Source of the DNA: Balanoglossus misakiensis
Taxonomy: Eukaryota; Animalia; Hemichordata
Reading direction: 5' to 3'
NCBI GenBank assembly: GCA_040954595.2
Contig: CM082590.2
Span: forward strand, 1,054,001-1,118,000
DNA length: 64,000 nt
Both the position numbers and the translations under genes were made by a program. Under the pieces are notes generated by a model. The model was not told the origin of the DNA. It was given only the letters and a program-made list of their open reading frames with translations, and did no database searches. Shown piece after piece: positions 1 through 10,092 of the stretch. Numbering within the stretch: the first letter of the stretch is position 1; each line of letters starts with the position of its first letter.

Positions 1-472
1 CAGAGGGGATATTTCTATTTTTGGATGGGGTATGGTAGTTCGAGCTAAATGGACCAAGACCATCCAGTTTCATGAGCGTACCCACCTGGTCCCTGTCGTC
101 CGTACATCAGGGTCACCTCTATGTGCAGTGGCTGCTGTTGAATACCACTTTAAACAGTTTCCTGCAGAGTCACAGTCGCCGGCCTTCCTCACTTTAGACG
201 GGCGTCAAACCTAAGTCATTAGCCATGCAATGTTTGCAAAGGTGCTCCATAAATGGGTCAGTTTATCAGGTTTTGATGCAACTCAATATTCAGGGCACAG
301 TCTTCGTCGGGGAGGGGCTACTTTTGCACACCAGTGTGGAGCATCATTAGAAATGATCCAGCTGCAGGGGGATTGGTCGTCCATGGCAGCGCTTGTGTAC
401 TTGGCACGCCCTTTCCGCCAACGCACACAAGTACCTCAAATGGTCTCCCATGGGCTGGGTACAATGGTTTAG
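1..472 (+). pseudogene. Tyrosine recombinase C-terminal part of a DIRS/Ngaro-type retroelement, truncated by the window edge
   Basis: ORFs 32-214 and 230-472 are in the same frame, separated by TAA at 212-214. Motifs KWTKTIQF, YSGHSLRRGGAT (H-x-x-R) and GDWSS..LVY (W and catalytic Y) match the YR catalytic C-terminus. Confidence 0.8.
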
Positions 473-2474
473 CTACTTGATAGTGTGAAATCTTGTTGCT
501 TGTTGTCCCCCCCCCCTTTTGTTTTTGCGGGGGCTTTTTGCTTGGCGCCTGTAGTGGGGTATCCTTTGGTATCCCCACTACAGGTGACCAGTGTTTTACT
601 GCAACACTGTGTCTGTTTGTTGTGTTTATTTACTACCTTCAGCTTAGCTTCGAAAGGAGAATTATAAACATAACAATGTATTGAGAAAATGATAGTAAAC
701 TTTAGAGAAGATGAACCCTTAAATGAAATATATTTATATATAATTGTGTCTTCATATTATCAATATCATGGTTATACTGTGAAGCAAATAATTATTTTAA
801 TGAAGAAGGGACAAAGTTTGATTGACTGAATGAAGTTTAAAGTATATATGGCATTTCCTAATGGTTATAACATTAATAATTAGTGCATCTTTGTATAGAG
901 GCATATTGGCCTTTGGCATCAGGGTAGTGAGGTTTTAGAATTACTTCATTTATAGAAGCACGTTTCACCTTGATCTCAAATAATAGAAGCATGTAATACG
1001 AGATGAGTATCAATTTAAATACATTCGTTTGGTTTTCAGGTGAATTAATCAGCATGGCAATGATAATTGAGAGTCAATGCCAGTTGTCTAATATGCAAAA
1101 TGTATAATGGTGTATGTTATGAGGTTTGCTAGAGCAAATGTTCAGCCGAGCTTCTGTTCTATATAAAGCAGGCCATTAATGTCCTTTGCAGGAAAATCTT
1201 ATAAATTTGATGACATTGGTTCAACATTAATGAAATACGTAATTACTTCATACTAAGTTGTACTGATCTAAAAATGAAAATTGGCTGAAATGTTATATTT
1301 ATTTTATTTTATATATCATTACTTTTTTGGTATTTTTACATGGGTGTGTGGCAATAGTAAAGTGCACATAACAAACATGGTTTGTTTTGTGAGGTGAACT
1401 GTGTGTGAAGTTTTCTCATTTACAGGATGATGTGTACGAATTCTAATACTTTTACACACTATGTAGAGATGTATTTATTGCGTGTGATTTATGAATTTAT
1501 TTAACATTCTTAAGGATGTACGATCAGTCAAATTGTCATTTCTTTTAATTGTGGATTTCTTGTTTCTTCTATGTAAGCATAATAAAAATCTGTCATAAAA
1601 TACTGGGGTTACCGCATTTGTTTTTGAATTACAAGGTAGTGAATTTATTTGATACATGTACTGGTAACTGACATGAGTTTGCATGAAATACCTATTTAAG
1701 AACCTTGGTAATTTCTGAGGGATAAATTATGATGATCGTTAATTTGTAATGAGAAAATATCATCGCATCGACTGAAAATAACTCTTTGTCAGCTAGAACT
1801 TTGAGTTGTTTTGACTTTATAGGGTGTAAAACGTAAGAACCAGGATTTTTCGGTAAGAAACACGGCTATGCATGAAACTGCCTATTTTCATGCATAGCCG
1901 TGGTTCTTACCGAAAAATCGTGGTTATTACGTTTTACACCTTACAAAGTCAAAATAAGTCAGTGTTCTAGCTGACAAAGTCTTATTTTTAGTCGATGCGA
2001 TGATAATTTCTCATTAAAAATTAACAATTACCGCTCTGTAGCTCTCTCATATCAGCAAGGTTCTTAGATAGGCAGTTTCATGCATTGCCGTGGTTCTTAC
2101 CGAAAAATCGTGGTTCTTACCGAAGAATCGTGGTTCTTACGTTATACAGCCTACAAAGTCAAACATTTTCAAGGTTCTAGCTTACAAAGTCTTAATTTTA
2201 GTCGATGCGATGATAATTTCTCATTAAAAATTATCAATTTCCGCTCTATAGCTCTCTCATCTTATCATCAAGGTTCTTAGATAGGCAGTTTCATGCATAG
2301 CCGTGGTTCTTACCGAAAAATCGTGGTTCTCACGTTATACAGTGTACAAAGTCAAAAGTTTTCAAGGTTCTAGCTTACAAAGTCTTAATTTTAGTCGACG
2401 GGATGATAATTTCTCATTAAAAATTAACAATCACCGCTCTATGGCTCTCTCATATCATCAAGGTTCTTAGATAG

Positions 2475-3364
2475 TGTTACGACACGCTGGCCGTTCCAGC
2501 CGAAACAGGGCGAGCAATAAACACACTAGCCGGATGGCGTACTTTGTAAGGAACCAAACCAGCGCCGCACGCAACAAAGTTGGTCAACAAAAGTCACAAC
2601 AACCAGCAAATCACCTTATTTATAACGAATTTAATAATAACTAAAGTAATCGTGAACATTAAATATTATAAGCTAAAGAAACACACAAGAAACAAGTGAA
2701 CTACCTTTTTAAACGTGACCAGGTGTGCATAAACTGAAACAGAACAAGTCCAATGTCCGCTAGAACGTTCCGCTGACTTGACGGAGGACACGTAGACACA
2801 GCAACTCGGCGATAATTCAGTGTAGACACAGCGACACGGCGACAGCTCCAACTCGGCGGCAGTTCAGCGTAGACACAGCGATAGCTCCAACTCGGCGGCA
2901 GTTCAGCGTAGACACAGCGACAGCTCCAACTCGGCGGCAGTTCAGCGTAGTCACAGCGACACGGCGGTCCAGGCAAAAGTCCAGCTCCAACTGGTTCCAC
3001 AAAAGTCCGCAAAAGTCTGCTCCACAAAAGTCCGCAAAAGTCTACTCCACAAAAGTCCGCAAAAGTCTGCTCCACAAAAGTCCGCTTCAAAAGTCCGCTC
3101 CACACGAAACAGCACGACTTACAACTTGTTCAGAAGAGCAGCCACAGCTTCCAAGACGGTTCAAACGAGCAGCACCTCCTCCAGGTCAAATTAACATCCA
3201 CCCGCACAACGTGGCAACGAGCGGGCTTTTATACTAGCCAAAAATTAATTCATCACACCTGGTCACTTAAATATTCAAATAAAGAAAGCAAACGAAACGC
3301 ACACGAAAAGCACACGAAAAACACACCTGGTCACAAAACAATAGCCGACTGAACCTACGTAACA
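2475..3364 (-). repeat. 3' LTR (890 bp) containing 39-bp and 25-bp tandem repeats
   Basis: TG...CA ends. The minus-strand PPT GAGGGGGGGAGG immediately precedes it (~3365-3376). Confidence 0.95.
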
Positions 3365-3496
3365 CCTCCCCCCTCAGAAAAGAAAAACGTTACCATGGTG
3401 ACGTTTTTCAAGGGGTAATCACATATGTTAATTATTTCAAAAACATCATTTCAAGAATCATTCAAGAATCATTTCAAAAAGCTATCCTGTTATACA

Positions 3497-3630
3497 TTCT
3501 AAACTCTGGATAGTGCATCTGCAATGACATTTTCTTTTCCAGAAATATGTACGACTTGAATAAGGCTGAAGCAACAAACTCCAGCGAAACAACCTGTTAT
3601 TCTTTGTTTTGAACTTGTCAAGAAATAAAC
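3497..3630 (-). pseudogene. pol: RNase H C-terminal remnant of pol next to the PPT (copy at ~5804-5937)
   Basis: LFLDKFKTKNNRLFRWSLLLQPY, then in a shifted frame GKENVIADALSRV. Confidence 0.8.
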
Positions 3631-3654
3631 AGTGACAGATATGACCAAAGCTGT

Positions 3655-3875
3655 GTTGAAATCCCAAACATCATGAACATGGCTATTTCAAAATCCCAAA
3701 CATCATGAACAAGGGCTATTTCAAAATCCCAAACATCATGAACAAGGGCTTTTTCAAAATCCCAAACATGGCTATTTCAAAATCCCAAACATCATGAACA
3801 AGGGCTATTTCAAAATCCCAAACATGGCTATTTCAAAATCCAAAACATCATGAACAAGGGCTATTTCAAAATCCC
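3655..3875. repeat. Minisatellite (~20-32 bp units AAATCCCAAACATCATGAACAAGGGCTATTTC) in place of pol; copy at ~5962-6182
   Basis: About 7 tandem variants are directly visible. Confidence 0.9.
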
Positions 3876-4742
3876 ATTATTTATGTGACTATCAGTACAG
3901 ACATCAACATTTGTATTAACAAAAGCCACAGGTTTGCTATCCTTCTGATTATATTTCTTCTCAGGAACCAACTCATAGGCAAACAGAACCGCCTTCTTAA
4001 CAATATTATAATCCGCAGAATCAGTGTCAGACAAGGAAGAAAACACTTCCTGAGCTTTCCCAACAAACACACTTTGTAGCAACAAAGTCCAAAATTCAGG
4101 TGGCCATTTAAGTTTTCTCGCAATTTTCTCAAAAGCCAAAAAGTAAGTATCTACTTCGGCTTCAGAAAACCTTGGGACCAACTTAATATATTTAGTAACA
4201 TCAAAATCAGAACTTCTCGTAGTGCTCTGAACTGGTTCATGATTCTGTCGACTTAACTGAAGTTCAAGTTCTAACTTCCTCAACTCGAATTGTTCTCTTT
4301 CTTTTTCTCTCAATAATTGGGCCTCTTCTCTTTCTTTTTCTCTCAATAATTGGGCCTCTTCTCTTTCTTTTTCTCTCAATAATTGGGCCTCTTCTCTTTC
4401 TTTTTCTCTCAATAATTGGGCCTCTCCTCTTTCTTGAGCAAGTCTTAATTTCTCTCTTTCAAGTTCAATTTTTGCCAATGCCACTTCAGTACTCTCAGCA
4501 TTATGCATACCATGTTTAGTCAAAACAAGGAAAGCAGAAATACTATCAATAATTTCCTTTTTTGTTACATTACTACCAAGACTGACACCAAAATGAGCAG
4601 CTACCTGCGTTAGTTCAGCCTTTCGCAAACGTTGTAAATCATCAACAGTTAAATTTTCATTTTTAACAAACTCAGTTACGTTGAACTCCGCTGTGGAAGC
4701 CATTACGAATAGTAATTGTGAACCGTTGTTGACCGTGCGCAC
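3861..4742 (-). CDS. gag: Gmr1-like Gag (coiled coil plus N-terminal capsid part), C-terminally truncated, copy 1
   Basis: 293-aa ORF (probable start MASTAEF) with LVPRFSEAEVDTYFLAFEKIA..LKWP..W..LLQ....GKAQ and DY..VK.AVL.AYELVPE. Contains the 11-aa repeat EAQLLREKERE. Confidence 0.88.
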   Translation of the reverse strand: MRTVNNGSQLLFVMASTAEFNVTEFVKNENLTVDDLQRLRKAELTQVAAHFGVSLGSNVTKKEIIDSISAFLVLTKHGMHNAESTEVALAKIELEREKLRLAQERGEAQLLREKEREEAQLLREKEREEAQLLREKEREEAQLLREKEREQFELRKLELELQLSRQNHEPVQSTTRSSDFDVTKYIKLVPRFSEAEVDTYFLAFEKIARKLKWPPEFWTLLLQSVFVGKAQEVFSSLSDTDSADYNIVKKAVLFAYELVPEKKYNQKDSKPVAFVNTNVDVCTDSHINNGILK

Positions 4743-4761
4743 TGAATGAATTCAAGGATAG

Positions 4762-4779
4762 ATCCCGGACGAGCCCCCA
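4762..4779 (-). promoter_or_regulatory. Primer binding site, tRNA-Pro (second copy at 7069-7086)
   Basis: The minus strand reads TGGGGGCTCGTCCGGGAT, the canonical 18-nt tRNA-Pro PBS, 3 nt after the LTR. Confidence 0.92.
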
Positions 4780-4782
4780 ATT

Positions 4783-5671
4783 TGTTACGACACGCTGGCC
4801 GTTCCAGCCGAAACAGGGCGAGCAATAAACACACTAGCCGGATGGCGTACTTTGTAAGGAACCAAACCAGCGCCGCACGCAACAAAGTTGGTCAACAAAA
4901 GTCACAACAACCAGCAAATCACCTTATTTATAACGAATTTAATAATAACTAAAGTAATCGTGAACATTAAATATTATAAGCTAAAGAAACACACAAGAAA
5001 CAAGTGAACTACCTTTTTAAACGTGACCAGGTGTGCATAAACTGAAACAGAACAAGTCCAATGTCCGCTAGAACGTTCCGCTGACTTGACGGAGGACACG
5101 TAGACACAGCAACTCGGCGATAATTCAGTGTAGACACAGCGACACGGCGACAGCTCCAACTCGGCGGCAGTTCAGCGTAGACACAGCGATAGCTCCAACT
5201 CGGCGGCAGTTCAGCGTAGACACAGCGACAGCTCCAACTCGGCGGCAGTTCAGCGTAGACACAGCGACACGGCGGTCCAGGCAAAAGTCCAGCTCCAACT
5301 GGTTCCACAAAAGTCCGCAAAAGTCTGCTCCACAAAAGTCCGCAAAAGTCTACTCCACAAAAGTCCGCAAAAGTCTGCTCCACAAAAGTCCGCTTCAAAA
5401 GTCCGCTCCACACGAAACAGCACGACTTACAACTTGTTCAGAAGAGCAGCCACAGCTTCCAAGACGGTTCAAACGAGCAGCACCTACTCCAGGTCAAATT
5501 AACATCCACCCGCACAACGTGGCAACGAGCGGGCTTTTATACTAGCCAAAATTAATTCATCACACCTGGTCACTTAAATATTCAAATAAAGAAAGCAAAC
5601 GAAACGCACACGAAAAGCACACGAAAAACACAGCTGGTCACAAAACAATAGCCGACTGAACCTACGTAACA
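4783..5671 (-). repeat. Middle (shared) LTR, 889 bp
   Basis: Matches the other LTRs and is flanked by a PBS on one side and a PPT on the other. Confidence 0.95.
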
Positions 5672-6167
5672 CCTCCCCCCTCAGAAAAGAAAAACGTTAC
5701 CATGGTGACGTTTTTCAAGGGGTAATCACATATGTTAATTATTTCAAAAACATCATTTCAAGAATCATTCAAGAATCATTTCAAAAAGCTATCCTGTTAT
5801 ACATTCTAAACTCTGGATAGTGCATCTGCAATGACATTTTCTTTTCCAGAAATATGTACGACTTGAATAAGGCTGAAGCAACAAACTCCAGCGAAACAAC
5901 CTGTTATTCTTTGTTTTGAACTTGTCAAGAAATAAACAGTGACAGATATGACCAAAGCTGTGTTGAAATCCCAAACATCATGAACATGGCTATTTCAAAA
6001 TCCCAAACATCATGAACAAGGGCTATTTCAAAATCCCAAACATCATGAACAAGGGCTTTTTCAAAATCCCAAACATGGCTATTTCAAAATCCCAAACATC
6101 ATGAACAAGGGCTATTTCAAAATCCCAAACATGGCTATTTCAAAATCCAAAACATCATGAACAAGGG

Positions 6168-7049
6168 CTATTTCAAAATCCCATTATTTATGTGACTATC
6201 AGTACAGACATCAACATTTGTATTAACAAAAGCCACAGGTTTGCTATCCTTCTGATTATATTTCTTCTCAGGAACCAACTCATAGGCAAACAGAACCGCC
6301 TTCTTAACAATATTATAATCCGCAGAATCAGTGTCAGACAAGGAAGAAAACACTTCCTGAGCTTTCCCAACAAACACACTTTGTAGCAACAAAGTCCAAA
6401 ATTCAGGTGGCCATTTAAGTTTTCTCGCAATTTTCTCAAAAGCCAAAAAGTAAGTATCTACTTCGGCTTCAGAAAACCTTGGGACCAACTTAATATATTT
6501 AGTAACATCAAAATCAGAACTTCTCGTAGTGCTCTGAACTGGTTCATGATTCTGTCGACTTAACTGAAGTTCAAGTTCTAACTTCCTCAACTCGAATTGT
6601 TCTCTTTCTTTTTCTCTCAATAATTGGGCCTCTTCTCTTTCTTTTTCTCTCAATAATTGGGCCTCTTCTCTTTCTTTTTCTCTCAATAATTGGGCCTCTT
6701 CTCTTTCTTTTTCTCTCAATAATTGGGCCTCTCCTCTTTCTTGAGCAAGTCTTAATTTCTCTCTTTCAAGTTCAATTTTTGCCAATGCCACTTCAGTACT
6801 CTCAGCATTATGCATACCATGTTTAGTCAAAACAAGGAAAGCAGAAATACTATCAATAATTTCCTTTTTTGTTACATTACTACCAAGACTGACACCAAAA
6901 TGAGCAGCTACCTGCGTTAGTTCAGCCTTTCGCAAACGTTGTAAATCATCAACAGTTAAATTTTCATTTTTAACAAACTCAGTTACGTTGAACTCCGCTG
7001 TGGAAGCCATTACGAATAGTAATTGTGAACCGTTGTTGACCGTGCGCAC
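6168..7049 (-). CDS. gag: Gmr1-like Gag, copy 2 (identical translation)
   Basis: Same 293-aa translation as 3861-4742. Confidence 0.88.
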   Translation of the reverse strand: MRTVNNGSQLLFVMASTAEFNVTEFVKNENLTVDDLQRLRKAELTQVAAHFGVSLGSNVTKKEIIDSISAFLVLTKHGMHNAESTEVALAKIELEREKLRLAQERGEAQLLREKEREEAQLLREKEREEAQLLREKEREEAQLLREKEREQFELRKLELELQLSRQNHEPVQSTTRSSDFDVTKYIKLVPRFSEAEVDTYFLAFEKIARKLKWPPEFWTLLLQSVFVGKAQEVFSSLSDTDSADYNIVKKAVLFAYELVPEKKYNQKDSKPVAFVNTNVDVCTDSHINNGILK

Positions 7050-7089
7050 TGAATGAATTCAAGGATAGATCCCGGACGAGCCCCCAATT

Positions 7090-7978
7090 TGTTACGACAC
7101 GCTGGCCGTTCCAGCCGAAACAGGGCGAGCAATAAACACACTAGCCGGATGGCGTACTTTGTAAGGAACCAAACCAGCGCCGCACGCAACAAAGTTGGTC
7201 AACAAAAGTCACAACAACCAGCAAATCACCTTATTTATAACGAATTTAATAATAACTAAAGTAATCGTGAACATTAAATATTATAAGCTAAAGAAACACA
7301 CAAGAAACAAGTGAACTACCTTTTTAAACGTGACCAGGTGTGCATAAACTGAAACAGAACAAGTCCAATGTCCGCTAGAACGTTCCGCTGACTTGACGGA
7401 GGACACGTAGACACAGCAACTCGGCGATAATTCAGTGTAGACACAGCGACACGGCGACAGCTCCAACTCGGCGGCAGTTCAGCGTAGACACAGCGATAGC
7501 TCCAACTCGGCGGCAGTTCAGCGTAGACACAGCGACAGCTCCAACTCGGCGGCAGTTCAGCGTAGACACAGCGACACGGCGGTCCAGGCAAAAGTCCAGC
7601 TCCAACTGGTTCCACAAAAGTCCGCAAAAGTCTGCTCCACAAAAGTCCGCAAAAGTCTACTCCACAAAAGTCCGCAAAAGTCTGCTCCACAAAAGTCCGC
7701 TTCAAAAGTCCGCTCCACACGAAACAGCACGACTTACAACTTGTTCAGAAGAGCAGCCACAGCTTCCAAGACGGTTCAAACGAGCAGCACCTACTCCAGG
7801 TCAAATTAACATCCACCCGCACAACGTGGCAACGAGCGGGCTTTTATACTAGCCAAAATTAATTCATCACACCTGGTCACTTAAATATTCAAATAAAGAA
7901 AGCAAACGAAACGCACACGAAAAGCACACGAAAAACACAGCTGGTCACAAAACAATAGCCGACTGAACCTACGTAACA
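7090..7978 (-). repeat. 5' LTR, 889 bp
   Basis: TG...CA ends, followed on the minus strand by the PBS. Confidence 0.95.
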
Positions 7979-8761
7979 ATAGGCAGTTTCATGCATAGCC
8001 GTGGTTCTTACCGAAAAATCGTGGTTCTTACGTTATACAGCCTACAGAGTCAAAAATTTTCAAGGTTCTAGCTTAAAAAGTCTTAATTTTAGTCGATGCG
8101 ATGATAATTTCATTAAAAAATTATAATTATCATAATTTATCTCTCTGAAATCACCAAGGTTCTTAAATACACTGAGTTGTTTTGACTTTGTAGGCAAAAA
8201 TAACTTTCTCAGATTTTGTACGCTCTCTTTAGTAGTTATTCAGTTATGCCATGTAGAAGGCATTATGCTTTGGTGCAATTTCAGTAAAATGAGTTGATGT
8301 TTTTAAGTGGACAACGTGTTTGTTTTACTTTATAAGTAAATAAATTTAACATGAAAAAAATCAAACACCACAAATTTGTTTAGGCACACCAATAAAAAAC
8401 GAGCAAAACAAAGAATATTCTAAAGATGTAGCTTCAACCAAGTTTCATTGAAATTAATTTGTTAAAAAAACAATTTGTGACAAGCAATGATATATATGAT
8501 TATAAAAATGAAATAGTAATTGTTAACGTTTGTCAGTTGGAACTTGTAACTTATACATGTAGTATAAAGCAACTAAACATATACCCCCAGTACTCAAATG
8601 GATGCCATATTATGTATCCAATGCAAAGAAGGAAATTAAACCATGCAGGCACCATGTCATACTCTACCAAAATGTCTAGTGGTAAATGCACAATCATACA
8701 ACCCATGCATCCTGTCTACTGACAATAGGTCATGCTCAAGAGTGGGTCTCGGTAGCTTTAA

Positions 8762-9266
8762 AGGCACATGAGCTGCAACTGGATAAAAAAAATAAAGTTT
8801 TAAATAATCTCATATATGCTTTTAATCATGTCTATTCAATGATATTTCATGATAATATATCAAGCTCAACACTTATTTATGACAAAATGGCCAAAAATTA
8901 CAGAAAAACGAAAATTCCTGCAATTTTTAAAAAATTGCAATATTGCAATGAAAAAGGAAAATATAATGTCTCAGCGGTGTACATTTACTTCCTTGAGCTC
9001 AAGTGGATGAGATCATGTTTTGTTTATGAAGTTTCATAACCGTAAATGTAACATTTTCATTGTTTTTTGCATTTTCCCACGGTGGCGGCCATATTCGCTT
9101 GCAGCAAAGCTTTATTATTTATCTGGGTAAAACTTGCATATGCACACATATTTAGGGTTTATAATGCTTGTGTTTAGTTCACTGCCTTTATCTGCATAGA
9201 CTAATGGTAGTACACTTTGAAACAAAAATTATGATTATTATCCCAAAAGTTGCAGCTTACGTGCCT
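8762..9266. mobile_element. Kolobok-like non-autonomous DNA transposon with TTAA TSD
   Basis: TTAA|AGGCACATGAGCTGCAACT ... AGTTGCAGCTTACGTGCCT|TTAA. Removing it restores the HECT frame (INLL-KLPRP). Confidence 0.88.
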
Positions 9267-9613
9267 TTAATAAATTGATGTAAGTATCTGACGTTGGAAT
9301 AAAATATATTTCATATGGAATAAATTCAATACTTGGCGCAGTTCCAAATCCTAACACTGGTTCTTGCTCTGTTCCCGTTGTAAAGACAAGTACATCTTCT
9401 AGTGTGACTGATCCTCTTCTATTACGTTTTAGACAAATAGAAAGTCAGGTAGAAAAGTAAGCACGGCTGCCATGAGAAAAATATGCATTGATGTCATGAA
9501 TCATGCAGCTTGACCATACATTGCCATAAACCATGAAAGCCAATACATTACTTACTTGCAACTTCACGAAGATATTTGTTGAATACTGCATATACTTGGC
9601 CTTCGTATGTTCT

Positions 9614-9789
9614 ATTCTTCGATATCAAATGAGGCACCATACCTGATACATGTTATGTGTTTGGCGGCTCTAAAGTAAAATCATACTCGGAAAATCTTTT
9701 TCTGGATGCCGAAATATTGCTTGCCCGTCATCTGAAAATGACAACGCCGTGGGTCACATGGCCAGATCACGTGATTGATAGTAAAGAAT
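9614..9789. mobile_element. Small imperfect-TIR insertion in a HECT exon
   Basis: ATTCTTCGATATCAA ... TTGATAGTAAAGAAT. Removing it joins SENGSN to RTYEGQV. Confidence 0.65.
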
Positions 9790-9947
9790 TATTAGACCCA
9801 TTCTCACTGAACGATGGTGTTAGCATTGCTTTTAGCCTTGGCAAAGTGAGTTTAGAGGATGTATTTTCACGAAGAAGATGCTGGAATGTAGGCAGCTCTA
9901 TACATATCTGTATTAAGTAATATACAGAATATATGTGTGTAATATTT

Positions 9948-10092
9948 AGGGGTTATTACACAAATTTTGGTCGATAACGCGTCGTATTTGATTGATGTCC
10001 GTATTTTGACGAGTTGCACTTCGCAACGAGTCAAAATACGGACATCACGAGAATGCATCGCGTTATCGACCAAAATTCGTGTAATAACCCCT
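9948..10092. repeat. Palindromic element with ~65-bp arms
   Basis: AGGGGTTATTACAC..AATTTTGGTCGATAACGCG ... CGCGTTATCGACCAAAATT.GTGTAATAACCCCT. Confidence 0.85.

Larger units (their letters stand above)
2475..7978 (-). mobile_element. Non-autonomous gag-only Gmr1-like Gypsy LTR retrotransposon in tandem arrangement LTR-int-LTR-int-LTR
   Basis: Three TGTTACG...CGTAACA LTRs at 2475-3364, 4783-5671 and 7090-7978. ATAG TSD at 2471-2474 and 7979-7982. PBS and PPT lie on the minus strand. The two 1418-bp internal regions look identical. Confidence 0.95.
1693..8169. repeat. Inverted/tandem array of a ~190-210 bp unit (foldback- or MITE-like), interrupted by the LTR element
   Basis: A reverse unit at ~1693-1878 faces forward units at ~1886-2075, ~2076-2287, ~2288-2474 and 7979-8169. 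The outer ends TATTTAAGAACCTTGGT...ACCAAGGTTCTTAAATA are inverted. Confidence 0.75.

Noticed and set aside
2790-3100. Regular 39-bp and 25-bp repeats resembling a CRISPR array, and ORFs 2701-3105 etc.
   Set aside because: These are head-to-tail minisatellites inside an LTR with no unique spacers. The ORFs are repeat artefacts.
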